A stretch of 64,000 nucleotides of DNA from Mobula hypostoma (GCF_963921235.1 NC_086097.1:166472001-166536000), one strand, 5' to 3'. Positions 21,940 to 34,675 are shown, counted from the first letter of the stretch. Made by a program: numbers and translations. Notes: generated by a model not told the origin, from the sequence alone.

Positions 21940-22332
21940 CAAACAAGAGAAAATCTGTAGATGCTGGAAATCCAAGCAACACTCACAAACTGCAGGAGGA
22001 ACTCAGCAGGCCAAGCGGCATCTATGGAGAAAGTACAGTCGATGTTTTGGGCTGAGACCCTTCAGCAGGACAGCAGAGATCACAAAGGGGGAGCAGTGAG
22101 AGAGGGTTTCACTGAACTCCTATCAAAGGGGCAAGATTTAAACCTCTTCAGAGTAGGCATCCTCTGAAAAGACCTCACAGCATAGTAATCCAATAACAAA
22201 CAAGAGAAAATCTGCAGGTGCTGGAAATCCAAGAAACACACATAATATGCTGGAGGAACTCAACAGGCCAGGGAACATCTATGGAAAAAAGTACAGTCGA
22301 CGTTTTGGGTCGAGATCCTTTAGCAGAACTGG
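21940..22332 (-). mobile_element. Two short Penelope-like 3' fragments (21940-22070 and 22195-22332)
   Basis: aacaagagaaaatctg(t/c)ag(a/g)tgctggaaatccaag...cagtcga(t/c)gttttggg occurs twice; both copies end just past the hammerhead motif. Confidence 0.72.
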
Positions 22333-23476
22333 TTTTATAACTTTTTATTTGTCCTTTTCCCCTCTTTTTTATTCCTCTTTCTGTACTAATTTTACTTTGA
22401 ATTAACTCAGGTTAACATACTTCTTCCTGCTTCATTCCAGCAAATTTTCAATATGACTGGATAAATGTTTTTTCCATTGTTTGAGCTGTTGAGTCCACTT
22501 ACAGATTCAGCCAGTAGCTGTGTGTTGTCCACGTGTTCTCAGGCCACTGTGTTTTGAATGAGGACACAGCTATAATGAACATGTTGGAATCAGTTCATGA
22601 ATATCTAGCATGTAGTCAGTAGCATGTAGTCTTACTTCACTTCCTCCAGAATTCTGGAAATTATTTTATTTTGAAAATCTGTGCTGTGAATTAAATGCTG
22701 GCCACATTTCCTGCTCAGGGAGTTTACTGTGGTCTTCATCACTGCTATCTACATCAAGGGTACTAACACCAAGGGTGCAGTGGCAAAGCTTTACAGTATC
22801 AACAGCTCTCCACAAAACAAGCATCTGGACAGTCTCTTCATAATTGCAGGAGACCCAATGCTATACAACAGTTCATGTGTTAAAGATCAAAAAACAATTC
22901 CTTAGTAGCAATGCATCCACAATACTTTCTTTGAATTACATATACCCTTCATACCTCCTGGCTTTGCACCGACACCAGATACCCAAGTGAATTTAATCAG
23001 CATTGTCTGATCTTTCCATTATCTGTGATTTATAGCGGAGTTAAGATGGCGCTAAACGGCGACTCCTTTGCTTGCATCTTCAGAAACAGCTCTATTTCCA
23101 TCTTTAACATCTTTATTTTTCCCTTTCAGGGTTCTTTTGATTCTTCAGTTCTTTGCGGAAATGGGACCTGTTCTTGGGGTTTCAGGACCCGCCGATGCTC
23201 GGCATGTCAAGGGTGAGGCCTGAGAGGCGGCCTAGTGTTCGGAAGCCTAAGATCTCATGGCTCTGGAGATGGGCGGATCGAGGGTCGTTGTCATGGCAGG
23301 AGACTCGTGTGTTGTCGGGGAGGCTGGAAGATCTTTCACTGTGGACCTGAAGACCCTTTGCGATCTTTGGGCACAGAGCTCGTAAAAAGCGACGAAACAG
23401 ACTGTTTAACATCGTAAACCAGCAGGTTGTTGTTATATCTCCCGCTCACTGTGAAAATGGGGGACACCTCCCTCTC

Positions 23477-24266
23477 ACATAAAAGTTGCTGGTGAACGCA
23501 GCAGGCCAGGCAGCATCTCTAGGAAGAGGTGCATTCGACGTTTCAGGCCGAGACCCTTCGTCAGGACTAACTGAAGGAAGAGTGAGTAAGGGATTTGAAA
23601 GTTGGAGGGGGAGGGGGAGATCCAAAATGATAGGAGAAGACAGGAGGGGGAGGGATGGAGCCAAGAGCTGGACAGGTGATAGGCAAAAGGGATACGAGAG
23701 GATCATGGGACAGGAGGTCCGGGAAGAAAGACAAGGAAGGGGAGGACCCAGAGGATGGGCAAGGGGTATATTCAGAGAGACAGAGGGAGAAAAAGGAGAG
23801 TGAGAGAAAGAATGAGTGTATAAAAATAAGTAACAGATGGGGTACGAGGGGGAGGTGGGGCCTTAGCGGAAGTTAGAGAAGTCGATGTTCATGCCATCAG
23901 GTTGGAGGCTACCCAGACGGAATATAAGGTGTTGTTCCTCCAACCTGAGTGTGGCTTCATCTTTACAGTAGAGGAGGCCGTGGATAGACATGTCAGAATG
24001 GGAATGGGATGTGGAATTAAATGTGTGGCCACTGGGAGATCCTGCTTTCTCTGGCGGACAGAGCGTAGGTGTTCAGCAAAGCGGTCTCCCAGTCTGCGTT
24101 GGGTCTCGCCAATATATAAAAGGCCACATCGGGAGCACCGGACGCAGTATATCACCCCAGCCGACTCACAGGTGAAGTGTTGCCTCACCTGGAAGGACTG
24201 TTTGGGGCCCTGAATGGTGGTAAGGGAGGAAGTGTAAGGACATGTGTAGCACTTTTTCCACTTACA
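23477..24266 (-). mobile_element. Penelope-like element copy with GIY-YIG (frameshifted)
   Basis: Highly similar to 20985-21780; ORF 23889-24188 GVIYCVRCSRCGLLYIGET. Confidence 0.93.
23533..23568 (-). ncRNA. Hammerhead ribozyme motif with one stem I mismatch
   Basis: Minus strand AGUC-CUGACGA-AGGGUCUCGGCCU-GAAAC-GUC/GAAU. Confidence 0.62.
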
Positions 24267-24600
24267 ACACCTTCTCTCTTATTAGGAAGAGAGAGAACCT
24301 GTGGGTTGCAGAATGCCAGATGAATTGTGATAGTCTTTGGGGTAACTGCAAGGTCTGTGTCTTTGCTATCACTTAGCTCACACTTGTGCTGGGTAGTGGG
24401 TGCACTTTTTTGTTTTGCGGGTGGGGGGAGGGGAGGATTGTTGCTCGTCGCCACTTACGCATGGGACAGGGGAGTGGGGAGGAACTTTGGGGTTCTCACA
24501 TTTAACTGTCGTTCATCCTTCGGGGCACTTCGCTGTTTTTGTGGATGCTTTGTGAAGAAAAAAACATTTCAGGATGTATATTGTATACATTTCTCTGACA

Positions 24601-24990
24601 TGCAAGTACAGCGGGCAGTGAAGAAAGCTAATGGCATGCTGGCCTTCATAACAAGGGGAATTGAGTATAAGAGCAAAGAAGTCCTTCTGCAGTTGTACAG
24701 GACCCTGGTGAGACCACACCTGGAGTACTGTGTGCAGTCTTGGTCTCCAAATTTGAGGAAGGACATTCTTGCTATTGAGGGAGTGCAGCGTAGGTTCACA
24801 AGGTTAATTCCCGGAATGGCAGGACTGTCATATGTTGAAAGATCGGAGCGACTGGGCTTGTATACTCTGGAATTTGCAGGAACTGGATACTGATTGTGGA
24901 TGATCAGCCATGATCACAGTGAATGGCGGTGCAGGCTCGAAAGGCTGATTGGCCTACTCCTGCACCTATTGTCTATTGTCTATTGTCTAT
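24601..24990 (+). mobile_element. CR1 3' fragment with internal deletion
   Basis: VKKANGMLAFI...LVRPHLEYCVQSWSP...EGVQRRFTRLIPG, then a jump to the 3' UTR and (ctattgt)n tail. Confidence 0.87.
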
Positions 24991-25382
24991 TAAATTGAAC
25001 CTTTGCACCTTAGGAACCCATTTTTGAGAGCTGCATTTTAAATTTAATCTACAGTCCGTATTCAGATTTGAAAAATGGCGGTTGAAGTTATTTGTTATAT
25101 GTGCTAACCCCAAAAATGCCTGAACAGTCCCACCACTTTGCCCTCCTGGACATAAATTAATTTGTATCAGGAATGGCCAACCTCAATAGGGCAGAAAAAA
25201 ATACCCTACCTCAGAATCTCCCGCCCCGGCAGTCCTCTTCCACCTGTCCCACACACCTCCTGTGGCATTCCACCTTTACCATTCCCACGTTCTTTGCTCC
25301 TGCCAGATTTACAAACTTGCTCTCTGCTCCATGTTGACAAATACAGTACTGTGCAAAGTTTCAGGCACCCTGGCTATATATA

Positions 25383-26857
25383 TTGTTTAAAAAGGGTTCC
25401 AAGACTAAACTTAGCAATTATTTGTTTAAAAAGGGTTCTAAGACTAAACCTAGCAATTATCGGCCAGTGAGTTTGACGTCAGTGGTGGGTAAATTGATGG
25501 AAAGTATTCTTAGAGATGGTATATATAATTATCTGGATAGACAGGGTCTGATTAGGAACAGTCAACATGGATTTGTGCATGGAAGTTCATGTTTGACAAA
25601 TCTTATTGAATTTTTTGAAGAGGTTACGAGGAAAGTTGACGAGGGTAAAGCGGTGGATGTTGTCTATATGGACTTCAGTAAGGCCTTTGACAAGGTCCCA
25701 CATGGAAGGTTGGTTAGGAAGGTTCAATCGTTAGGTATTAATATTGAAGTAGTAAAATGTATTCAGCAGTGGCTGGATGGGAGACGCCAGAGAGTGGTGG
25801 AGGATAACTGTTTGTCAGATTGGAGGCCGGTGACTAGTGGTGTGCCTCAGGGATCTGTACTGGGTCCAATGTTATTTGTCATATACATTAATGATCTGGA
25901 AGATGGGGTGATAAATTGGATGAGTAAGTATGCAGATGATACTAAGATAGGTGGAGTTGTGGATAATGAAGTAGGTTTTCAAAGCTTGCAGAGAGATTTA
26001 GGCCAGTTAGAAGAGTGGGCTGAAAGATGGCAGATGGAGTTTAATGCTGATACATGTGAGGTGCTACATGTTGGTAGGACTAATCAAAATAGGACATACA
26101 TGGTAAATGGTAGGGCATTGAAGAATGCAGTAGAACAGAGAGATCTAGGAATAATGGTGCATAGTTCCCTGAAGGTGGAATCTCATGGGGATAGGGTGGT
26201 GAAGAAAGCTTTTGGTATGCTAGCCTTTATAAATCAGAGCATTGATCATAGGAGTTAGGATGTAATGCTGAAATTATACAAGGCATTGGTGAGGCCAAAT
26301 TTGGAGTATTGTGTACAGTTTTGGTCACCAAATTCTAGGAAAGATGTCAACAAAATAGAGAGAGTACAGAAAAGATTTACTGGAATGTTACCTGGGTTTC
26401 ATCACCTCAGTTACAGAGAAAGGTTGAAGAAGTTGGGTCTTTATTCTTTGGAATGTAGAAGGGTGAGGGGGGACTTGATAGAGGTCTTTAAAATTATGAG
26501 GGGGATAGATAGAGTTAACGTGGATAGGCTTTTTTCCATTGAGAGTGGGGGAGATTCAAACAAGAAGACATGGGTTGAGAATTAGAGGACAAAAGTTTAG
26601 GGGTAACATGAGGGGGAGCTTCTTTACTCAGAAAGTGGTAGCTGTGTGGAACGAGCTTCCAGCGGAAGTGGTTGAGGCAGGTCCTATGTTGTCGTTTAAA
26701 GTTAAATTGGATAGATATATGGACAGGAAAGGAATGGAGGGTTATGGGCTGAGTGCAGGTTGGTGGGACTAGGTGAGAGTAAGAGTTCGGGGCGGACTAG
26801 AAGGGCCGAGATGGCCTGTTTCTGTGCTGTATTTGTTATATAGTTATATGGTTATAT
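25383..26857 (+). mobile_element. CR1 LINE, 5' truncated, near-intact RT
   Basis: ORF 25383-26258 (NYRPVSLTS, QHGF, MDFSKAFDKVPH, GVPQGSVLGP, YADD) and ORF 26265-26585; (ggttatat)n-like tail. Confidence 0.93.
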
Positions 26858-28002
26858 GTCAGAATGCTGTTTCTGGACTTCAGCTCAGCATTCAGGTCCC
26901 ACAGACCTTAATGAACCAACCCCTTCTCCTCAGTTGAAAAACGCCACTGTGCAACTTGGTGTTACATTTCTCAGTGAACAGATCTCAGATAGTCGAGATG
27001 CATAACTGCTCCTTCATCTCCATTATTCTCAATACCGGTGGCCCCCAGGGCTGTACACTGAGCCCACTGCTGTGCACTCTGCTCACACATGACTGTATAG
27101 CCAAACACCCGAGGAATCACATTGTCAAATTCGTCAATGATACAACATTGGTGTGGCTCATTTCCAATGAGGAGATAGCCTATAGAGAGGAGGTGGAAGT
27201 GCTCAAGGTTTTTTACCAGGCAAATAACCTCTTCCTCAATGTCAACAAGACAAAGGAGGTACTTACTGACTTTGAAATGACTCGCACTACTCACACCCCT
27301 CTTTATATTGGCAACACAGCAGTGGAAACTGCAAGCAGTTTCAAAGTGCAGGAAACTGGTCCCAGAACACATCCCACACAATCCAGCAAGCTTACCAATG
27401 CCTCTAGTTTCTGAGGAGGCTGAAACGAACTGGACTATGCACATCAATACTGACGACCTTCTACAGATGCACAGTAAAGCGCATTCTAACATGCTCCATC
27501 GTTATGTGGTACAGAAACTGCACTGTGGTGGACAGGAGTGCTCTACAATAGATAGTCAAAACTCCCAATGCATCACCAGCACCAGACTACCTGCTGGAAA
27601 AAGGCTGATAGCATCATGAAAGATCCCACCCACCCTGTTCATGTACTGTTTGTCCCACTCCCCTCAGGGAGGAGTCTATGTAACATTCACACCAGGACCG
27701 TCAGACTCAAAAACAGTTACTTTCCCTAAACAGCAAGACTGATCAACACCTTCACCCATTAACCCACCCCCACACATCCCCAACCGCACTACTTTATAAT
27801 TTATTGTCAGAGTCACTTTATATGCGGACACTCCAGTGCCTAGTGTCACTTTATGGACATACAATCAATTTACGTATTTATACTTACTTGCGTTTTTTAT
27901 TATTGTGTTCTTTATCTTATTGTGCATCAGATCCTGGAGTAACAATTATTTCATTCTCCTTTACAGTTGTGTTCTGGAAATTACATTAAACAATTTTGAA
28001 CT
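26858..28002 (+). mobile_element. Rex1/Babar-type LINE, decayed RT to 3' end
   Basis: LNTGGPQGCTLSPLLCTLLTHDC...VKFVNDTT...LNVNKTKE; 3' UTR ending ttaaacaattttgaactt. Confidence 0.85.
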
Positions 28003-28192
28003 TTACATCTCAAGGAAGAGAACAACACTTTCAAATCTCTTACTAGCTCTTCCTTCAGTTAGTCCTGACGAAGGGTCTCGGCCCAAAATGTCAACTGTAC
28101 CTCTTCCTAGAGATGCTGCCTGGCCTGCTGTGTTCACCAGCAACTTTGATGTGTGTTGCTTGAAATTCCAGCATCTGCAGATTTCCTTGTGT
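28003..28192 (+). mobile_element. Penelope-like 3' fragment with CpG-decayed hammerhead
   Basis: agtcctgacgaagggtctcggcccaaaatgtcaact at 28061-28096 (GAAAC changed to AAAAT). Confidence 0.82.
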
Positions 28193-28879
28193 TAATGTTG
28201 CAGTTCAATGCTTTTGGAACTGGTGGAGTAGAAAAAGCAGACTTTGAAGTAATCCATTGGCTGTAAGTTCCTATGAAGTGTCCAGAAATCATAAGGGTTG
28301 CCAGTTAAATGCATGTTCTAGCTTTGTGATCAAGAATGCAAGCAGTATAGGAGAACATATAATTACAGTTATGTCAAACACTCGCTGATTTTTGTTTTGG
28401 CTCCATGGTGAAGTTCATAAGAAGTAATTATACAAAATGTAATCTCTTTAATTTGTACCATAAAAGCTTATTTACAAAGTATTATAATATAACCTTTCAG
28501 CAGCAAGTACTTTTCCATATATTTCCAAAATGCACTATAATTTTGTTCATTGTACCCTTGCATAGTGTAGAATGACTTTGTGCAGCTATTCAAAGCTAGT
28601 GAGCAAGTTGCTTGCACGAAGTCAGAGCAGTGTAAAGTAACAACTGTACCTGCTTCCTTAAGGCCCTGTCAGGAAACAGTTGTTTGCTTTTTCTCTTACA
28701 ATGTGTTAACCAACATAGCAGTAGGTGGTAACTCGAACCCTGAAATTTAGTGAAGGTGGGTCAGGTGAACACAGACTATCTCATACCCATCCACTTTTTC
28801 TTTTAACAGCTGGGAAGAGAGGCAGGTGAGTTATCTACTCCCAGGAAGTGGGTCAGTAAATAAAACCATTTAAAATTGA

Positions 28880-29860
28880 CCGTAAGATATAGGAGCAGAA
28901 TTAAGCTATTTAGCCCATCAAGTCTGCTCCACCATTTCATCATGGCTGGTCCATTTTTCTTCTCAGCCCCAATTTCTTGCTTTCCCCCTATATCCCTTCA
29001 TCAAGAATTTATCAACTTCTACCTTCAATATACATAAAGACTTGGCCTCCACAGCTGCCTGTGGCAAAGAATTCCACAGATTCCCCGCTCTCTGGCAAAA
29101 GAAATTCCTCCTCATCTCTATTCTAAAAGGACACCCCTCTATTCTGAGGCTGTGTCCTCTGGTCTCAGTTACTCTCCCACCATAGGAAACATTCTCTCCA
29201 TGTCCACTCTATCAAGGCCTTTCACCATTCACTAGGTTTTAATTAGATCATCCTTCATTCTAATAAATCCCAGTAAATACAAGCCCAAAGCCATCAAATG
29301 TTCTTCATGTGACAAGCCATTTAATCTTTGGATCATTTTCATGAACCTCCTTTGAACCCTCTCCAGTTTCAGCACATCCTTTAGGTAAGGAGCCTCACCA
29401 GTGCTTTATAAAGTCTCAACATTACATCCTTGCTTTTATATTCTAGTCCTCTTGAAATTAATGCTAACATCATATTTGCCTTCCTCACTACAGTTTCAAC
29501 CTGCCTTTAGGGAATCCTGCACAAGGACTCCCAAATCCCATTGGACCTCAGCATTTTGTATTTTTTCTCTATTTAGAAAATAGTCAACTCTTTCATTTCT
29601 CCTATCAGAGTGCATAATCATAAACTTCCTGACACTGTATTCCATCTGCCACTTCTTTGTCCATTCTACTAATTTGTTTAAGTCCTTCTGTACCCTCCCT
29701 ATTTCCTCAAAACTACCTGCCCCTCCAGCTATCTTCATTTTGTCTGGAAACTTTGCAACAAAGCCATCACTTAAATCATTGACATATAACTGAAAAAGAA
29801 TCATCCTAACCCAGACCTCTATGGAACACCACTAGTCACCAACAGCCAGTCAGAAAGAGC
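28880..29860 (-). mobile_element. CR1 LINE 3' portion
   Basis: ORF 29496-29804 (YVNDL, KFPDKMKI, KKWQMEY, DLGVLV); CR1 tail at 28880. Confidence 0.85.
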
Positions 29861-30573
29861 TCTCAGAGAACTAGAAAAAGCAGAGAAATAGAACTGCTTG
29901 TCTTTGCCTCAGCTGCATTTCTAATTTTAATTCTTTGTTATGCTGAACTCTCAGGCCTTGAGGTTGGAGTTGAATTTCTAGAGAAGTACTACAAACTGTA
30001 GATCACTAGTGGATCTTGAAACTCAAAGGCATGGGCAGAACATTCTCATTCTTGACATTCAAAACTAAATTATGGGAATGAAAACTGGAAATACTTCAAA
30101 AAGACAACCAATCAGAAGTAAAAGGTAAGTTCCCTTATAGTACTTTCTTAATGAATTCACTGAAATGTTAATTAGGTCATTGAAGTACTTACTAGGCCTT
30201 TCATTAATATGAGACCTTGACCTAATTAGAAATATTGTGAACTGTATATATTTATTACATAGATTTAATAAACCTTACTACATGGTGAACATTAAGATCT
30301 CTGTGCAGGTTAGCAAAACCCACAGGCTGGACTTGAATTCAGTTGCTTAAGTTAAAGCAACATTGGACCTTCAATGTTACATCTGATGTTATCATCAGTC
30401 ACTGTAGATCAGTTAAGGTACAGTTATGATAAAACCTAATCTGCATTGTCAAACCTTTTAGAAAATGCTCCCTTCGTGAAGCAGGGTAGCCTAGTGAACA
30501 CCATCCACACAATCGCAGTGGAAAGTGTTATCAGCAGATATTATAATTTTTTTAAATTGAGAGATGACACATT

Positions 30574-31245
30574 TGTATTGGAGGGGTTGTGACTTTCACG
30601 TGACTGCACTGCTCATTGCTTGGTCGAAAGACACGCCACCTACCAATCAAGATTTGACCCCTCCTCACCTATCAATTCACACCTAGCCATTGGCCCCTTT
30701 AATTAGCCTTGTACTTGGCCTTTGTAAACAGCTTAACTCTGCTGGCACCGAGCCATTGGCTCCCCCTGTGAATTACCTGGGTGGGACCCTCCAGCCCTGC
30801 TGCACTATAAAAGGGTGCCACGTGTGCTGGACCCTCTCTCTCTTTGCCATCCGAGGGATCACCCTGCTTCACTCCAGGCTGAGAACCATGGAACAGCGCT
30901 GGAGAAATTATTGGTGAGTTGTGCATTGAATAGGGTTGAGAGCATTGGTTATTGTCCCTAAAAGCAGAGAACGGTGTCTGCACAGAGTCAAGGGGTAGCG
31001 GGTATCGTATAGACTTTTCCCTTGGTTGTGCGTGTGTGTGTGTACTTTGTTCCCACGCGATTTTCCCACATTCATTATTAATTGTCCGCGTGTGTTTTAT
31101 TGCCGATCTGACTACTGTAAATTGTATTCGTGTTGCTTTTGTTGCCATTTTCCCATGTTTGCCTTCTGTAAATAAAATCCTTTACTACCAAGACTCTGTG
31201 TCCAAAGTCCTTGCCTTTGAAACCTACTGAATCTGTTTCACCACA
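30574..31245 (+). mobile_element. Probable solo LTR
   Basis: TG start, CCAAT (about 30643), ctataaaa (about 30805), AATAAA (31171), CA end. No TSD confirmed. Confidence 0.55.
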
Positions 31246-31440
31246 ACCGATGGCAGCTTGTTCCACTCTCTCACCACCCTCTGAGTGAAGTATCCCCTCA
31301 TGTTCCCCTCAAACATTTCACCTTTCACTCTTAACCCATGACCTCTGGTTCTAGTCTCACGCAACCTCAGTTGAAAACGCTTGCTTGCACGTACCCTATC
31401 TATACCCATCATTATTTTGTATACCTCTATCAAATAGGTT
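31246..31440 (-). mobile_element. CR1 C-terminal fragment
   Basis: LIEVYKIMMGIDRV...TRTRGHGL...FTQRVVREWNKLP. Confidence 0.75.
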
Positions 31441-32239
31441 CCTATTGCTGAGCTGTGAACTGCTTTTAATTGAAAACCAGACAATGCTGATTAACATTCA
31501 TTTTGAATGTTGTAGTATGAGCAAAGTCATCTGAGAGATGCAGCTGGTAAATATGAAGTAGTCTTTTATTCAACAAAATGAGACACAGCAGGCATCATAT
31601 CAAGACCCTTTCAGAGGAAGAGGCTTGTTTGACTCGCATGATATTTTATACGCTAAAGATCAAAGGGCAATTCGATACTTACAAGGTAGTTACAATGCTT
31701 CCTTTGAATGATATACAACTTTCACACCTCCTTCGCATCTACAGGGCCATAAGCATGAAGCAAGACATTTTACCTGCTTAGAAAGAAAATTCACATTTGT
31801 TGCAGATTTACAGCTGAACATCACCAAATTATCAAGATCATATTTCAAACTACAAACTTTGGTAATTTCTCCCCCTCTGATGAACCAGAATACTGGACGA
31901 TATTGCACAGATTCATACCCTCTGGATGAAGAAATTCCTCTTCTCAGTTTTAAAGTGGTGTCCCTTTAATTTACAGAGATATAAGAGAGAACTGAAGCAA
32001 AAACTTAGGAACGCAAAAAGGGAACATAAAGTGCCATTGGCAAATGCAATTAAAGAAAAACACAAAACTTTAATAATTATATTGGAAACGAAAGGGCCGC
32101 AAGGTTCCCTCCAGGCCAGTTGGTATCTATATGAGGAACCAGGGGATCTGAGTGGGGCCCTAAATGAATTTTTTCCTTAGTATTCATTAAGAAGGATGTG
32201 GAAGATGAAGAGTTAGGGGAGGGATGCACTGATCAAAGA

Positions 32240-34675
32240 GAGCGTGCAACAGAGATCATAGGAAGGACAGGCAGGAGATGAGGCATAATCACAGCCAGTG
32301 GGATGATTTACAACAGAAAGCAACAAATACTGGACTGAAAGTGTTATATTTGAATGCACGCAACATGAGAAATAAAATGGACGATCTTGAAATTCAGCCA
32401 CAGATTGGCAAGTATGACATTGTGGCCATCTCTGAAGCTTGGCTGAAGAATGGCTGCCATTGGGAGCTGAACATCCAAGGATTTACAGTGAGTTGGAAAG
32501 ACAGGTTAGTAGGCAGAGGGGGTGTTGTGGCTCTGTTTATAAGAACTAATATTAAATCATTAGAAAGGGATGACATAGGATCAGAACATGTGGAGTCTCT
32601 ATGGGTTGAGTTAAGAAATGGCAGGTGTAAAAGGACACTAATGGCAGTTGTATACAGGCCTCCAAACAGCAGCCGGGATGTGGATTACAAATTACAGCAG
32701 GAGATAGAAAAGGTGTGTCAGAAAGGTAAGGTCATGATAATTGTTGGGGATTTTAACATGACAGTGGATTGGGAAAATCAGGCCAGTACTGGACCTCAAG
32801 AGAGAATTTGTGGAATCTCTAAGGGGTGGATTTTTAGAACAGCTTGTTGTTGAGCCCACTAGGGGATCGGCTGTGCCTGATCAGGTGTTGTGCAATGATC
32901 CAGAGGTGATAAAAGAGCTTAAGGTTAAGGAACCCTTAGGGAACCATGATCACAATATGATCCAGTTCACTTTGAAATTTGAGAAGGAGAAACTAAATTC
33001 CAATGTATCAGTATTTCAGTGGAATAAAGGAAACTACAATGGCATGAGTGGGAACTGGTCAAAGTTGACTGTAAAGGGACACTAGCAGGAAGGACAGCAG
33101 AGCAGCAGTGGCTGGAGTTTCTATGAAAAATGAGGGAAGTGTAAGACATATATTCCTAATAAGAAGAAATTTTCGAATGGAAGAAGGACACTACCGTGGC
33201 TGACAAGTGAAGTCAAAGCCAAAGTAAAAGCAAAAGAGAGGACATACAAGGAAGCCAAAGCGAGTGGGAAGATAAAGGATTGGGAAGCTCTTAAGAACTT
33301 GCAGAAGGAAACTAAGAAGGTCATTAGGAAGGAAAAGATGAATTATGAAAGGAAGCTGGTGACTAATATCAAAGAAGATACTAAAAGCTTTTTTAAGTAT
33401 ATAAAGGGTAAAAGAGTTGAGAGTAGATACAAGACCAATAGAAAATGACACTGGAGATATTGTAATGAGAGACGCAGAGATGGTAGAGGAACTGAATGCG
33501 TAATTTGCATCAGTCTTCACAGTGGAAGACACCTGCAGTATACCGGACATTCAAGAGTGTCAGGGAAGTGAAGTATGTGCAGTGAAAATTGCGATGAGAA
33601 GTTGCTCAGGATACTTAATGGTCTGAGGGTGGATAAATCTCCTGGACAAGATGGAATGCATCCTCGGGTTCTGAAGGAAATAGTCTGAGAGATTGCAGAG
33701 GCAGTAACAATGATCTTTCAATAATTGATAGATTCTGGCATCGTACCGGCTGACTGGAACATTACAAATCTTACTCAACTATTTAAGAAGGGTGGGAGGC
33801 AGCAGAAAAGAAACTATAGACCTGTTAGCCTGACATCAGTGGTTGGGAAGTTGTTGGAATCGATTGTTAGGGGTAAGATTATGGAATACCTGGAGGCACA
33901 TGACAAGATAGGCCAAAGCCAGCATGGTTTCCTGAAAGTAAAATCCTGCTTGACTAAACTAACTTACTGCAATGTTTTGAGGAAATTACAAGCAGGGTAG
34001 ACAAAGGAAGTGTAGCAGATGTGGTGTACTTGGATTTTCAGAAGGCCTTTGACAAGGTGCCGCATATGAGGCTGCTTACCAAGATAAGAGCCCAAGGAAT
34101 TACAAGGAAATTACTAACATGGGTGGAGCATTGGCTGATCGGCAGAAAACAAAGTGGGAATAAAGGATCCTAATCTGGCTGGCTGCCAGTTACCAGTAGA
34201 ATCCCACAGGGGTCGGTGTTGGGACCACTGCTTCTTACAATGTATGTCCATGATTTGGACTATGGGATTAATAGATTTGTGGCTAAACTTGCCGATGATA
34301 CAAAGATAGTTGCAGGAGCAGATAGTGTTGAGGAAACAGAGAGCCTGCAGAGAGACTTAGATAGTTTAGGGGAATGGGCAAAGAAGTGGTAAATGAAATA
34401 CAAAGTTGGCAAGTGTATGGCCATGCACTTTGGTGGAAGAAATAAACGGGTAGACTAATATTTAAATGGGGAAAGAATTCAAAATGCAGAGATGCAAAGG
34501 GACTTGGGAATCCTTGTGCACGATACCCTAAAGGTTAACCTCCAGGTTAAGTCGGTGGTGAAGAAGGCAAATGCAATGTTGGCATTCATTTCTAGAGGTA
34601 TAGAATATCAGAGCAGGGATGTGATGTTGAGGCTCTAAAATGCACTTATGAGACCACACTTGGAGAATTGTGTGG
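32240..34675 (+). mobile_element. CR1 LINE ORF2 pseudogene (APE endonuclease and RT)
   Basis: APE motifs YLNARNMRNK, DIVAISEAWL, GGVVAL, VYRPPN, IIVGDFN, DHNMI; RT motifs NYRPVSLTS, QHGF, DFQKAFDKVPH, PQGSVLGP, ADDTK; multiple stops and frameshifts. Confidence 0.93.

Larger units (their letters stand above)
23025..25010 (+). mobile_element. Non-coding retroposon with AAGATGGCG head, interrupted by a PLE (23477-24266) and a CR1 (24601-24990)
   Basis: Host sequence 23430-23476 + 24267-24600 + 24991-25010 is collinear with the uninterrupted partial copy at 41521-41865. Confidence 0.6.

Noticed and set aside
29957..30130. Possible exon ending at the donor AAG/gtaagt (30124)
   Set aside because: Weak acceptor and no recognisable peptide; isolated donor-like motifs are common by chance.
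31532..31780. LTR-like remnant on the minus strand (TATA and AATAAA)
   Set aside because: Termini and TSD could not be defined.
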